From an uncultured Chloroflexia bacterium (lineage in GTDB: Bacteria; Chloroflexota; Anaerolineae; JAAEKA01), in the NCBI GenBank assembly GCA_963707275.1, contig CAVPPH010000010.1, forward strand, positions 111,106-175,105: DNA of 64,000 nucleotides. The letters run 5' to 3'. A model generated the notes under the pieces. That model did not search any database, had not been told where the DNA came from, and was given only the letters and a program-made list of their open reading frames with translations. The position numbers and the translations under genes were made by a program. Below are positions 1 through 14,183 of the stretch, one piece after another. The stretch's first letter is position 1. Each line of letters starts with the position of its first letter.

Positions 1-575
1 GATGGTGGGGATGTAGGCCAGGTCCATCGGCTCGTTGGGCTTCGGCTCGATGGCGATGCGCAGCGCCGGGTCGTAGTCCAGCAGCGTGTTGACGGCCTCC
101 AGCAGCCGGTGCGTCGCCAGCACCGCGTCCTTGGCCTCGCGGATGTAGGTGCCCTCGCGCGCCAGCCACAGCACCATCAGGTTGCTGCCCAGCTCGCGGC
201 CGATGTCAGCCGCCTTCTTGGAGCGTTCGATGGCATAGGCGCGCGCCGCCGGGTCGTTGGCTGTGTACGCGCCGTCGATGAGTCAGGGATGCTCCCACAG
301 ACGCGGGCGCGACGAACTCGGCCACCAGGCCGTCGTCCGTCCAGCATCTGGCGCATGGCCCGCGCCTGGCGCAGCATCTCGCCGTGCGACACGTTGTCCA
401 GATCGGGCACCGCGTCGTCGTCGTGGAACTGCATCGCGTCGAATCCCAGACTGCTTGCAGCGTCGCCAGCTTTGTCGCCAAAGGCAACACTGGGCCGCAC
501 CGGCGGGCCGAAGGGATCAGCGCCTTCGTGGATGTTCCAGGGACCGAAAGAAAAGCGGTAGTCGTGTTTTTGCAT
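1..575 (-). CDS. xylA: Xylose isomerase (class I-like), 3' end outside window, frameshifted
   Basis: RFSFGPWNIHEGADPFGP and QFHDDD motifs; other frames give VLWLAREG and IAIEPKPNEP; next to xylulokinase. Confidence 0.8.
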
Positions 576-602
576 GGTCTGTGATTCGCGTGGTCGGGCA
601 AA

Positions 603-631
603 TGACAGTCACTTTCCGAAAATGACTGTCA
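603..631. repeat. REP-like palindrome
   Basis: TGACAGTCACTTT-CCG-AAAATGACTGTCA inverted repeat between xylB and xylA. Confidence 0.6.
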
Positions 632-716
632 CTGCGAGATCGATGTCATCCCGGCCCCTCCGCGGACGGAGAGGCCGGGAAACCCACAGGAGGAGACACC
701 GATGAGAAGATAGCAG

Positions 717-2226
717 TTACGAAGCGTCGCTCAAAGCACCCAGCGCGGCAAACGCGCCGGACAGCGACGGGTACAACGACTGGTAGATCGGATAATGCTC
801 GGCGTAGATCGCCGCCTGGTCGGAGGGTTGGGTACGGCCAGTGACCTGAATAGCTGCCTGGCAAGCCTCCGGCAGGCTGACGTACAGACCCGCGCCGACT
901 GCCGCACACAGCGCCGCGCCAAAGGCCGCGCCTTCGGTCGTGTTGACTGTGACCAGTTCGACGCCCAACACGTCGGCCATGATCTGCCGCCAGAGTGGGC
1001 TGCGCGCGCCGCCGCCGGAGATGCGCACCTGCTCGATGTTGCCCAGACCTGCGCCCTGGATCAGCGTGAAGCTGTCCTTGATGCCAAACGCGACGCCTTC
1101 CAGCACGGCACGCGTCATGTGGGCGCGGCTGTGGCGGATCGTCAGACCGACCCAGCCGGCGCGAGCCAGCGGATCGGGATGCGGCGTGCGCTCGCCGGTC
1201 AGGTAGGGCAGGAAAAGCAGCCCCTCGCTGCCGGGCGCAATGTCCGCGGCTTCGCTGGACAAGATCATCAAAAGACATGCCAGGGGCCAGCGTGTCGCGA
1301 TGCCATTGCAAGCTGCCGGCCGCGCTCAGCATCACGCCCATGAAGTGCCAGCGGTCGGGCACAGTGTGGCAGAAAGCGTGTAGCCGGCCCTGCGGTTCCA
1401 CCAACGCGGACGGGGTAGTTGCAAAGACCACGCCCGACGTGCCGAGGGTCAGCGCGATGATGCCCGGCTCGACCGCGCCGACGCCGGTGGCCTGCGCGGC
1501 CTGATCGCCGCCGCCGCCGACAACGGGCGTGCCGGCGCGCAATCCCGTTTCGCTGGCTGCGGCCGCGCTGACGACGCCTGTGACCTGCGGGCCTTCAAAG
1601 GTAGGCGGCAGCATACTCGCCGGAATGTCCAGCGCCGCCAGCATCTCAGCGGACCAGGTGCGTGTCTTTAGGTCGAACAGGATCGTGCCGGAGCCGCCCG
1701 CGCGGTCGGCAGCGTAGTCGCCGGTCAGCCGGTAGCGAATGTAGTCCTTGGGCAGCAGGATGTGCCGCGCCTGCGCCCAGACTTCGGGTTCGTTCTCCTG
1801 CACCCACAGAATTTTGGGAGCGGTAAACCCGGTCAGCGCGTCGTTGCCGGTGATCTGGATCAGTCGCTCGCGGCCGATGCGAGCGCGGATCTCGTCACAC
1901 TGGGCCTGGGTGCGCCCATCGTTCCACAGCATTGCGGGCCGCAGCACCTTGCCGGTGTCGTCCAGCAGGACCAGCCCGTGCATCTGGCCGGTCAGGCCAA
2001 TGGCGGCGATGTCGCCGGCTGCCGTGCCCGTTTCGGCCAGCACCTGGCGCACGCTGGCAGCCGCGCCTTCCCACCACTCGTAAGGGTCCTGCTCAGACCA
2101 GAGCGGGCGGGGCGTAGATAGCGTCAACGGCGTGTTGGCGACGCCAAGGACCGCGCCGGCAGCGTCGATCAGCAGCGCCTTCGCGCCGGTGGTAGAAACG
2201 TCGATACCAAGAAGAAGTTGAGACAT
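717..2226 (-). CDS. xylB: Xylulokinase (FGGY family), frameshift near 1265
   Basis: [44 protein letters not shown] motifs across ORFs 646-2232 and 717-1271. Confidence 0.9.
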
Positions 2227-2235
2227 GGGCAAATA

Positions 2236-2664
2236 TCAGACCGCAGCTTCCATGCTGACCGGAGTGTCAACAACGCGGGCGGGCCGGACGTGGCTCCACA
2301 GGATGTAGGAAAGCGTCGCGATGAAAAGCAACTGAAACCCGTGAGTGTAGAAGGGCATGGCGACCGCCTGGAACATGCCCAGCACGCCGATGATGATACT
2401 GACAATGATGATGCGCATAATCCAATTGTAGAGCCGCGGGTTCACCAGGTCGTTGATCGCGGTCGCCACGATGACGATCAACATGATGTACGTCAGCAGA
2501 ATGGCGACGAAAATCAGGATGAACGGGATCGCGCTCAGCAGGACGTTGCTGGAAAGCACCGCTTCCGGCACAACCGCCGGGATCAGATTCATGGCGAGGA
2601 TGCCAAGGATCAACAGCACTACGATTACGATTGGCAAAGCGATGGGCACATGTGGTCGTCGCAT
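2236..2664 (-). CDS. Hypothetical 4-TM membrane protein
   Basis: 142 aa ORF with four hydrophobic segments; GGAGG upstream; inside the sugar operon. Confidence 0.75.
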   Translation of the reverse strand: MRRPHVPIALPIVIVVLLILGILAMNLIPAVVPEAVLSSNVLLSAIPFILIFVAILLTYIMLIVIVATAINDLVNPRLYNWIMRIIIVSIIIGVLGMFQAVAMPFYTHGFQLLFIATLSYILWSHVRPARVVDTPVSMEAAV

Positions 2665-2827
2665 AACAGGTCCTCCAGTCAGAAACTGGCTGGTCGTACT
2701 GCCCGATTTCCTCGCCTTGCCTCCCCTTTGCGCCGCGCATGCGTCAGGGAACGCTGCGCCTCAGGGCAAAGGGGAGGCTGCCTGGTGGTGTCAGGCGGGG
2801 CGGGGGATGGGAGAGGCAGGTAGTTGG

Positions 2828-4029
2828 CTAATAGGTTACGTCCACGAAGCGGCGGCTGCGGCTGGACTCCACGATAGCATCGCAGATCACCGAGCAGCGG
2901 TAGCCGTCCTCGAAGGTCGCGCCGTGCGGACCGACCGGCTTGTCGTTGACGATCGCGTCCAGCAGATGGTTGATCTCGTGGACAAAGGTGTGCTCCCAGC
3001 CGATGATATGGCCGTGCGGCCACCAGTTGCCCCACCAGGGATGGTAGCCCTCGGACACCAGCACGTTGGTCCAGCCCTGCGTGCTCTTGCGGCTCGTCGA
3101 CCCGACCCAGAAGACTTCGATCTCGTTCAGCCGTTCCAGGTTGAAGCGCACCGAACCCTTCTCGCCGTTGATCTCGAAGCAGTTGGCAGTTCTTGCGGCC
3201 GGCGGCGAAGCGGGTCGCCTCGAAGGTGCCGATCGCACCGTTCTCGAATTCGACCGCCGCGGCGAACGCGTCATCCACATCGACGATGCCGGTGCCGCCG
3301 TCGTCCGTCGCGCGTTCCTTGATAAAGGTTTTGGTCAGCCCGGCCACGGTGCTTGATGCCGCCGACCAGATAGTGCGCCAGGTCGATGATGTGCGCGCCC
3401 AGGTCGCCCAGCGCGCCGCTGCCGGCCACATCCTTGTCCAGTCGCCAGATCATGGGCGTGCCGTAGTGCGGCATGATCCACTCTTGCAGGTAGATCGCGC
3501 GCCAGTGATAGATGCGGCCCAGCCGGCCCTCGTCGATCAGGTTGCGGATCAGGCGCACCGCGGGCACGAAGCGGTAGTTGAAGGCCACCATGTGCTTGAC
3601 GCCGGCCTTTTCGACCGCATCCCACATCATCTTCGACTCTTCGGCCGTGCGGCCCAGCGGCTTTTCGCACAGGACATGCTTGCCAAGCTGCGCCGCCAGT
3701 AGATCGACGGATCGGCGTGCAGGTTGTTGGGGCCGCCGTTGTCCAGCAGTTGGACGTCCGGGTCCTCGATCATCGCGCGCCAGTCGGTGTAGTACTTCTG
3801 GTAGCCGTAGCGGCGGGCGGCCTCAGCCACCGCCTCTTCGTTGCGGCCAGAGATAGCCGCCAGCTTGGGAATCGCCACCGGCGGATACATCATGTAGGGC
3901 AGTTTCTTCATGGCATTGCTGTGCGCCTTGCCCATGAAGGCATAGCCCAGCATGCCAACACCGATCTCAGGCGCGTCGCCCTCGGCTGGCGCCGGCAGCC
4001 ATGGTGGTGAAACCAGTTGTTTCGCTCAT
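2828..4029 (-). CDS. Gfo/Idh/MocA oxidoreductase, levoglucosan dehydrogenase-like (frameshifted)
   Basis: [52 protein letters not shown] motifs; AGGAGG RBS before ATG 4029. Confidence 0.85.
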
Positions 4030-4080
4030 GTGAACCTCCTTACGCTCGTTCGACGTACGCTTGAATGTCCTTAGTTGGCG

Positions 4081-5089
4081 TCATCGGACGGCAAACGCGG
4101 CATCGAACGCCAGCGCTGACGGCGTGAAAGTCCAGGCGCTTGACGAATGCACACGCTTCGGTCGCGCCGTGCTCGCGGTCCATCTTGCCATCTTCCCACT
4201 CCACCGAGAGCGGACCCGCAGTAGCCGATGTCGTTCAGCGCCCGGATAATCTCCTCGAAGTTCACGGAGCCGCGGCCCAGCGAGCGGAAGTCCCAGGCGC
4301 GCCGGTGGTCGCCGAAGTTGAGATGGCCGCCAAAGACGCCGGCCTCGGTCGGATGCGACGCCAGATAGGCGTCCTTCATGTGGACGTGGAAGATGCGGTC
4401 GGCAAACTTGCGGATGAAGCCCACGTAGTCGACGTTCTGGTAGACGAAGTGGCTGGGGTCATAGTTGAAGCCAAAGGCCGGATGCCCGCCGAGCGCGTTC
4501 AGCGCGTTCTGCGGCGCTGGCAACGTCGAAGGCGATCTCGGTGGGATGCACCTCGAGGCGCGAACTTGACGCCGACCTCCTGGAACACGTCGAGGATCGG
4601 TGTCCACATCTGCGGCGAAGAAGGCCAGTCCCTTCTCCAGGTAATCGGCCGGGTTGGGCGGGAAGGAATAGACCATGTGCCAGATGGGCGAGCCGGTGAA
4701 GCCGGGCACGACCTTGACACCGAACTTGGCCGCGGCGCGGGCGGTATTCTTCATTTCCTCGGCGCGCGCGGGCACGCACGCCATCCTGGGCACCTCGCCC
4801 CAGATGCGCGGCGGCAGGATGCTCTTGTGGCGCTCGTCGATGCGGTCGCAGACCGCCTGGCCAACCAGGTGGTTGCTGATGGCGTAAGCACTGCAGGCCA
4901 TGCTTGTTGAGGATGTCCCAACGGCGACTGGACGTAGCTGTCGTCTTCCAGGGCCTTGTCGACGTCGAAGTGGTCGCCCCAGCAGGCGATTTCCACGCCG
5001 TCGTAGCCGAACGACTTGGCTTTCTCGCAGAGGACATCAAAGGGCAGATCGGCCCACTGGCCGCTGAATAGTGTGACTGGTCGTGCCAT
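4081..5089 (-). CDS. Sugar phosphate isomerase/epimerase family TIM-barrel protein (frameshifted)
   Basis: [49 protein letters not shown] motifs. Confidence 0.85.
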
Positions 5090-5164
5090 GGTGAAATCTC
5101 CTTGGGAAAGTGGTACGTGTTTCTGGGCGTGCATTGCGTCGTGTACGTTTCACGCATCATTTCA

Positions 5165-6015
5165 CTACTGAAGCAAACCCTTCAGAAATACAACGCCGTC
5201 GCGCGCCAGGTCATCCTGGGTGGGGGCGAGCGCGCGCCAGATGGCGGCGGCGCGGGCGATGCTCTTGACCTTGGCAGTGAACGACTCGATGACCACCGGG
5301 CCGTCGTAGCCGATGTCGGTCAGGCCCTGCCGGACGCCGGCCCAGTCGACGTTGCCGCTGCCGGGCGCGCCGCGGTCGTTCTCGCAGGCGTGCAGATGCT
5401 TCAGCCGCGGCCCGACCGCGCGGATCGCATCGCCCAGCGACTTCTCCTCGATGTTCATGTGGAAGGTGTCCAGCATGATCTGGCAGTTGGGATGGTCGAC
5501 CCGATCCACGACCTCGATCGCCTGACTGGCCAGGTTGATGAAGCTGGTCTCGAAGCGGTTGAGCGGCTCAAGACAGAGCATGACGCCCTTGTCGCCGGCA
5601 TAAGCTGCCAGCTTGCCCAGGTTCTCCACCAGCAGGTCGAGATCCTTCGCCCGGTCATCAGCCGTCTGCTGCCAGGTGCGGCCCACGGCCGAGTAAAGCG
5701 GCCCGACCAGATTCGTGCCGCCCAACGCGGCCGTGGCGTCGATCGCGCCGCGCACATAGGCCATGCCGCTGTCGCGAATGGCAGGGTCAGGATGGATCAG
5801 GTCGCGATCCGGCCCCATCGCAGCGCAGCAACTCACGCCCAGGCCATGGTCGCCGGATGATGGCTGCGCCCTGCCGGTAGTCCAGGTCGTCCAGGCTCTC
5901 CAGCGGCATCTCGATCCAGTCGAAGCCCATGGCTGGCCACGTGCGGAGCCAGCTTTTCCAGTTCCTCCGTCGTCAACGGTGAGGTCCATACCCAGGTGTT
6001 AACACCGAAATGCAT
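5165..6015 (-). CDS. D-tagatose/D-psicose 3-epimerase family protein
   Basis: MHFGVNTWVW start, EPLNRFET, DTFHMNIEE, HACENDRGAPGSG, VIESF motifs. Confidence 0.85.
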
Positions 6016-6033
6016 GATTGTACTCCTTGCTCC

Positions 6034-6120
6034 AGACTTCGGAAGTCGCCAGGCCGAATGTGGAGCTAGTCTGAATGTTGGAGGCCGGTCATCACAACCG
6101 ATCGGCGACTTCTGAAGTCT
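6034..6120. repeat. REP-like inverted repeat pair
   Basis: AGACTTCGGAAGTCGCC ... GGCGACTTCTGAAGTCT in the intergenic gap. Confidence 0.6.
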
Positions 6121-6128
6121 TTCCGAAC

Positions 6129-7193
6129 TCATCCAATCCGCTTGCCGGTCAGGTCGAAGAAATGCAACCGGTCTGCAGGATGTTGAAGCGGACGGTGTCG
6201 CCGCGCTGCAAGTGGATCATGCCAGGAACCAGGCTCAGCAGCGTCTGCTCGCCGGATTGCATGTGCAGGATGGTCTCCACGCCCAGCGGTTCGGTCAGGA
6301 CGACCTGTGCCGCCGAACTGGCCCTCCGGATCGAGCTGAGATGTCTTCCGGGCGAATGCCCACCAGCAGCTTGTCGGGCAGCGGCACGTCCAGCGGGCAC
6401 CGGCATCTGCAGTCGACTGTCGTCAACGATAGATCGTGCCGTCCTCGCTGCTCGGCCTGCAGCAGGTTGATGCGCGGCGATGCCGACCAGTTGCGCCACA
6501 AAGGTGGTGGCCGGCCGGTCGTAGATATCGACCGGCGTGCCGACCTGGACGAGGCGCCCTTCGTTCAGCACGCCGATGCGGTCGGCCATGGTCAGCGCCT
6601 CGATCTGGTCGTGGGTGACGAAGAGGGTGGTGTTGCCCTGCGTCTTCTGCATGTGCTGCAGTTCGACCCGCAGCGCTTCGCGCAGCTTGGCGTCCAGGTT
6701 GGAGAGCGGCTCGTCCATCAGGAAGATGCGCGGCTGGCGCACGATGGCCCGGCCGATCGAGACGCGCTGCATCTCGCCGCCCGACAGCTTGGCCGTCTTG
6801 CGATCCAGCAGGTGGTTGATGCGCAGAATCTCGGCCACGTGCTGCACCTGCTGCTTGATCTCCGGCCTCCGGCGTCTTGCGCATGCGGCGAGCGCAGCGG
6901 AAAGGCCAGGTTGTCGTAGACCGTCATCGTCGGGTAGAGCGAGTACTGCTGGAAGACAAAGGCCACATCGCGGTCGGCCGGCGTCCAGCTCGTCCACCGG
7001 CTCGCCGTCGAAGAGCACGCTGCCCTCGTCCTGCTTGCAGCAACGCGGCGATGATGCGCAGGGTGGTGGTCTTGCCAGCGCCGGTCGGCCCCAGCAGCAC
7101 GAAGAACTCGCGGTCGCGTACCGTGAAGGAGACATCGTCCAGCGCCGTGACGTCCTTGAAGCGTTTGGTGATGTTGCTGAAGTTCGACGCTGC

Positions 7194-7197
<4 letters not shown>
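6129..7197 (-). CDS. Sugar ABC transporter ATP-binding protein (frameshifted)
   Basis: GPTGAGKTT Walker [10 protein letters not shown] signature, [20 protein letters not shown]. Confidence 0.9.
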
Positions 7198-8341
<1,144 letters not shown>

Positions 8342-8354
8342 GATTGCTGTCTCG

Positions 8355-9370
8355 CTAGCGGCGGATGGCGCCGAAGGTGACGCCGCGCAGCAGGTAGTTG
8401 CGCAGCAGGAAGACGACGATGACCACCGGGATCAGGAAGCCCAGGCTGCCGGCGGCGATGGCCGACCACTCGATGCCGCCGCGCCCCAGCATGGTGGCAA
8501 TGCTGGGCGGCGCGGTGCGCGCGGTGTCGCTGGTCAGCATCAGCGCGAAGGCATACTCGTTCCAGGCGAAGATCAGGCAGAAGACAGCCGTGGCGGCGAT
8601 GCCGGTCATCGCCTGCGGCAGCACGATCTTGAAGAAGGCCTGCATGCGGGTGTAGCCGTCCACCAGCGCCGCTTCCTCGTATTCCATGCGGTATCTCGTC
8701 GATGAAACCCTTGAGCAGCCAGACCGACAGCGACAGGTTGAAGACGGTGTATAAGCAGGATCATGCCGATGTGGGTGTCGTGCAAGCCGAACTGCCGGTA
8801 CATCAGGAAGAGCGGGAATGGTGACCACCACCGCCGGCAACATGCGCGTACTCAGGATGAAGAACATCAGGTCATCCTTGCCCGGCACGTTGAACCGGCT
8901 GAAGGCATAGGCCGCAAAGAAGCCCAGCACGACCGAGAGAATGGTCGAGACCCCGGCGATGATCAGCGAGTTCTTCAGGCGCCCGACATAGTCGCTGGGT
9001 CCGGTGATCTCCTGACCGCTCTTCAGGGCGATGCGATCGAACAGAGCTCAGTTCGCCGGTTTCGGCTGCTTCCTGCAACTCCTGTGATGCGGCTCGGCGG
9101 CAGCGATGGCCCGTTCGGTGAACAGGAAGACAAAACCTTCCAGCGTCGGTTCGAAGATCAACTTCGGCGGCACTGACACGACATCGGGACGCGTCTTGAA
9201 CGCGGTCATCGATCATGACCAAGATCGGAATCAGCACGAAGATGCGACCAGGACGATGACGATCAGCGCCCGCATGTTGTGCATCCCGGCGCGCCGTCGG
9301 GCTGACCTTGTCCACCCGGATCGATTCTGTGACCGGCTTTGCTGGGGCCTGTTTCGTAGAAATCTGACAT
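8355..9370 (-). CDS. Carbohydrate ABC transporter permease (MalG-like, frameshifted)
   Basis: EEAALVDGYT EAA loop, FAWNEYAFA motif, TM segments. Confidence 0.85.
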
Positions 9371-9375
9371 GGTTC

Positions 9376-10342
9376 TCAGCCCTCCTCGTTGGCTCTGTTG
9401 AGATAACGGATGTACAGGTTGCTGATGGCGATGATGATGATCAGGATGATGTAGGCCAGCGCGCTGGCCTGCCCGGTGCGCCACTGGCCCAGAAACGCCT
9501 GCCGATACAGATTGACCGCAATCAGCTCGGTCTGGTCGCCCGGCCCGCCGCCGGTCATGCCCATCACCAGGTCGAAGCCCTTGAAGGCTTCGATGGTGCG
9601 GAAGAGCACGGCGATCATCAGCAGCGGCATGACCTGCGGCACGGTGATGCGCCAGAACTGGAACCAGGAACTGGCCCGGTCAATGACGGCCGCCTCGTAG
9701 AGATAGTCGGGGATGGCCTTGAGACCGGACAGCACGAGCAGCATCACGAAGGGCGTCCACATCCAGATGTCCACCAGCACGACGGCCCAGAGCGCCAGGT
9801 TGGGCACCGGCGTACGTTGGCAAAGCGGCCGGCCAGCATGTCTGGCGCCTGACCGGGCTGTCGAAGCCGCAGACAGGTAGTTGAAGAAGCCAAAGGCTGG
9901 GTTGTACATCAGCTTCCAGAACAGCCCAACCACCACCGGCGAAAGCATCATCGGGATCAGGATCAGGGTGGTGACCAGAGCCGCTGCCCTTGAACTTCTC
10001 GCGCACCAGCATCGCCAGACCGAACCCCAGCAGCGTCTGCATGCCCACCGTAACCAGCGCGTAGCGACCGGTGGTGGCGAAGTACTTCCACATCTGCGGG
10101 TTGTTGAGGATGTCCTGCGTAGTTTTCAAGGCCAATCCAAACCGGTGGTTTGCGGGCAATGGCCGAGTAGTCGGTAAAGGACAGGAACAGGCTGTAGAAG
10201 AGCGGGAAGACGTTCCACGCGATCAGCAGGACCAGCGTTGGCCAGATGAAGAGGTTGACGATGGCCCTGTCGCTGAGTCCGCGCCGCCGCTTCTTCTGGT
10301 TGAACGTTGCTCGTGCGACGCCTGCGTCTGGACTGCGCTCAT
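9376..10342 (-). CDS. Carbohydrate ABC transporter permease (MalF-like, frameshifted)
   Basis: DIWMWTPF, LYEAAVIDRAS EAA loop, TGGGPG motif. Confidence 0.85.
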
Positions 10343-10455
10343 GGTGGTCGGGTTTCGCTCGTTGACGGTCGTGGCGGACAAACGTGGCGATCGCGGGCTG
10401 GCCCGGTCACGGAAGATGCGGACCAGCCCCCGGCATTCATCTGTGAAGCAGGCTG

Positions 10456-11885
10456 TTACTGAGTGATGTAGCCGCTTCTCGTGAGGATCTTGTCGTGCTC
10501 TGCAGCGATGTTGTCCATCGTCTCCTGAGCCGTGCCCTCACCCTCGACGATGAAGCTGCTGAACTCGCGCTGGGAAACCTCCAGCAGCTGGCCGAAGATC
10601 GGGATGTTCCAGAAGTCCTTGACGAAGGTCATCGTCTCGGCAAAGGCCCGGTTGTACGGCGTCGCATTCAGGAATTCCTCGGACTCGAACACCGCCTGGT
10701 TGCTGGTGTAGCCGCCGACCTCAGCCCACTTGGCCTGGACGTCGTCCTGGCCGAACCACTCGATGAAGTCCAGCGCCGCCTGCTGGCGCTCGGGGCTGAT
10801 GTAGCGAGACGACGCTGATGCCCTGACCACCCAAGGCCGCGCCGCGCTCGCCAGTCGGGCCGGCAGGATTGGCGAAGAAGCCCATCTTGTCGTAGTAGTC
10901 AGGATTGGTGCCCGGATTGACCAGCGCCGGGAAGAAGGCGAAGTAGTTCATGCCCATGGCGGCCTGGCCGCCGATCATCGCATCGTTGACTTCAGCGAAG
11001 AAGGCGTTGCTCAGGCCAGGCGCCTGGCAGCAGTCGTACAGATCCCTGTAGTACTGCAGCGCTGCGACGGCCTCGGGCGAGTTGACCACGCCCATGGACG
11101 TTGTTGTTCTGCGTCTTTCCAGTCGGCGCCCAAGGGGAACATGGTGTTCTCGACGCCCATGGTCATGGCATCGTAGTCCTTCTGGGTGTAGATGGCCACA
11201 CCGTAGAGACCGTCGTCCGGGCGGGTGAAGAACTTGGCGATGTCCATGAACTGCTCGTAGGTCTCGGGCACGGCCAGCGGATAGCCGTACTCGGCCTCGA
11301 AGGCCGCCATCTCGTCCGGATCCTCGAACAGGTCCTTGCGATAGGCCAAGCCGTCGGCGTCACCTTCGGTGGGATAGGCCCAGTAGGTGCCGGAGCCGGT
11401 GGGATATTCGCCGTAGTAGGTCAGGGTGGCCGGTACGACCGTGTCCTTCAGACCGGTTTCGGTCAGGAATTCGGTCATGTCCAGATAGTGGCCTTGGGTG
11501 GTCATCTGGCCCAGCCACTGGCTGTCGCCGACGACCATGTCCCAGGTGTCGCCCTGGGCGGCCATCTCGGTGACGAACAGGTCGCAGAAGGAGCCCCAGG
11601 GTTCCTGGATGATGTTGACCTTGATGCCGGTCTCTTCTTCGTACATGTTGCCGATCTGCTGCAGGTAGTCGGCCGGGTCCCACTGCGCCCAGAGGATGTT
11701 GAGTTCCTCGACACCCGACGCATCAGCGGCAGGCGCCTCGGCAGGCTGCTTCAGTAGTCAGCAGCGGGCTGTTCAGCCGGTGCAGCCGGTTCCGCCGGAG
11801 CAGGGGCCGGCGTAGCCGCAGGGCAGGCCGCCAGTACCAGCATAGCGGCGATCAACAGAAACGGCAGTAGCAATTTGCGAGACAT
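10456..11885 (-). CDS. Sugar ABC transporter substrate-binding lipoprotein (frameshifted)
   Basis: Signal MSRKLLLPFLLIAAMLVLAAC, Pro/Ala linker, GDSQWLG, YRKDLFED, ALGGQG motifs; AGGAGG RBS. Confidence 0.85.
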
Positions 11886-12001
11886 GTGTACTCCTCCTTG
11901 AGAGTAATTGAGGGTTTCGAACAAGCGATTTGTCGGGTCAGAAAGTGATTTGACGGGTGTTTGTTGACCACCTCCTTATCGGCTGTCACAGTGAATGGAA
12001 T

Positions 12002-12802
12002 TCACCGGCTAAAAGTACCAAACCGCCTCAGCGGCTGGATCCCAGCGCCTGAGGGCGCTGTATGCCTCAGCCAGAGATTTCGAATCCCTGGAGGCCTCAA
12101 CGGATGGCTCAACCTGCGGATGATGCTCTCACGATATGCCTCGATGTGCTGGCGCATCAGTCGAGCAGCTTCTTCGGAGTCATGGCGCGCGATAGCCTCG
12201 ACAACGTGCCGGTGTTCTGTCGTGCAGATCACCAGCCGTTGCCAGTTGCCTTGCGCGTCGATGGACAGATAAGAAACGCGGTTGCGCATTTGCAGCGCCA
12301 GATCGGCCAGCAACTGGTTCGAACAGGCGGCGCTGATCGTCTCGTGATAGATGTTGTCGGAGCGTGACCACGCGGGGCGATCACCGAGTTTCGATGGCAG
12401 TGTCAAGACCTTGCTGCGCTTGCAGCAGGCTTTCCAGCAGGCGAGTCGCTGATGTGCTTGGCAGCCAGCCGGGCAACTTCCGGCTCGATGAGGAAGCGAA
12501 CGTGAATGGCATCCATCACGTCGTGTAGCGACGGAGCGGCAACGGTAACGGCTCGACCGGGGATCACCTGGACGAGGCCCTCCTGGCAGAGGAGTTGTAA
12601 CGCCTCGCGGACCGGCGTCCGGCTGATACCCAGTTGTTTGGAAAGACGGGTTTCTGCAAGGGGTTGGCCGGCTGACACCTGACCAAGGCGAATAGCAGCC
12701 TTGATCTGATCATAGGCCAGGTCTCGAAGGAGTACAGCGGGAGTCAGCGGTGTCGAGATCGATAGTGGCAACGAGGGATGGCGTGCTTGACTGAACTTCC
12801 AT
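12002..12802 (-). CDS. GntR family (FCD-type) transcriptional regulator (frameshifted)
   Basis: LGISRTPVREAL HTH; C-terminal EHRHVVEAI...MRQHI FCD motif. Confidence 0.85.
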
Positions 12803-12925
12803 GTTCTTGTCTTGCGACTTTCCGATGCAACACTGCAACGATTGACACGGTCCAACTACTGCGGGGGACGAAGAATCCCGGCTGACTGGCGGGATATGCA
12901 ACCTGTATACTGATCGTATGGCGCT

Positions 12926-12953
12926 ATTATACCGAAGTCGATTTGGCTGTCAA
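12926..12953 (-). promoter_or_regulatory. Sigma70 promoter of the first sugar cluster
   Basis: Minus strand TTGACA (12953-12948), 16 bp spacer, TATAAT (12931-12926). Confidence 0.7.
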
Positions 12954-13002
12954 ATTGGAATCATGCCTTACACCGCTACCGAAGGATCCGCCTCCGCTGC
13001 CG

Positions 13003-13968
13003 CTACGCCCAGAACATTTCGCCGGCCGATTCGGAGATGCCTGCTTCCCTGAGCAGCGCCACGCCCTTGGCCAGCCCCTCGGCCTGCGACATCATGGCGT
13101 CCTCGTGCTCGATGGAGATGACGTAGTCATAGCCCACCAGCCGCAGCGCGCTGACGATGTCCTTCCAGGCCTTGGCGTCGTGGCCGTAGCCGATGCTGCG
13201 GAAGGTCCAGGCGCGCTGCGGCGATCTCGCCATAGGGCTTGTTGTCGTTGCAGCCGTTGACCGCCACGTTGAGGTGATCCACCATCACATCCTTGCCGTG
13301 AACGTGGAAGATGGCGTCGCCCAGCGCCCGGATGGCTGCCACGGGATCCACGCCGTTCCACCAGAGGTGGCTGGGATCGAAGTTGCAGCCCAGCACCGGA
13401 CCGACAGCGGCGCGCAGCTTAAGTAGCGTCTCGACGTTGTAGACCAGCATACCGGGGTGCATCTCGAACGCGACCTTGACGCCGTGCTCCGCCGCGAACG
13501 CACCTGCTTTGGTCCAGTACGGGATAGTCACCTGGTTCCACTGATAGTCCAGCATCTCCAGATTGTAGGGCGGCCAGGGGCAGGTCACCCAGTTGGGCAT
13601 AACATCGCCCGGCGCGCCGGCTGGCAGCCCGGAAAAGGCGTTGATCACCGGAACATCCAGCAGCGCGGCCAGTCGCACTGCCTTCTGGAAGGTGACATCC
13701 GCAGCCGCGGCCGACGGCGGAATCAGGATGCACCGGGTTGTCGTGGATGCTCAACGCGCTCAGCATCAGCCCGCGGCGATGGATCGCGTCCAGATACGCC
13801 GTGCGCGCCTGCTCGCTGGCCAGCAACGTCGTCCACCGGACAGTGCGGGCTGCCAGGATAGCCGCCCGCGCCGATCTCCACCGCCGTGACGCCGGCGGCC
13901 GCGGCCTTGTCCAGCGCCGCTTCAAAACTCAGATTGCCCCAAAGGGCAGTAAAGACACCGATTCGCAT
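13003..13968 (-). CDS. Sugar phosphate isomerase/epimerase family TIM-barrel protein (frameshifted)
   Basis: VEIGAGGYPG, PNWVTCPWPP, EMHPG, NFDPSHLWW, HVHGKD, WTFRSIGYGH, SIEHED motifs. Confidence 0.85.
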
Positions 13969-14081
13969 GAGAAGGACTCCTTTCTCAGAGAGGAATGGGA
14001 GGCGGAAGGGAAACAAGGGAAATGAGGGAAATAGAAAAGCTGCTCGTCAACTACACGGGCCGGCATTGTCGTCCGGCTTGC

Positions 14082-14159
14082 TCCGCAACGTGACAGCTCA
14101 CCTGCCGGGATCGAGTCCCCGATGCGAACTTTCCGAGAAGTGACTGGCACCTTGCGGAC
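14082..14159. repeat. REP-like inverted repeat related to 603-631
   Basis: TCCGCAACGTGACAGCTCAC ... GTGACTGGCACCTTGCGGA; contains ACTTTCCGAGAAGTGACTG. Confidence 0.5.
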
Positions 14160-14183
14160 ACGTCCTCGGTTAGGTTGCCCGGC

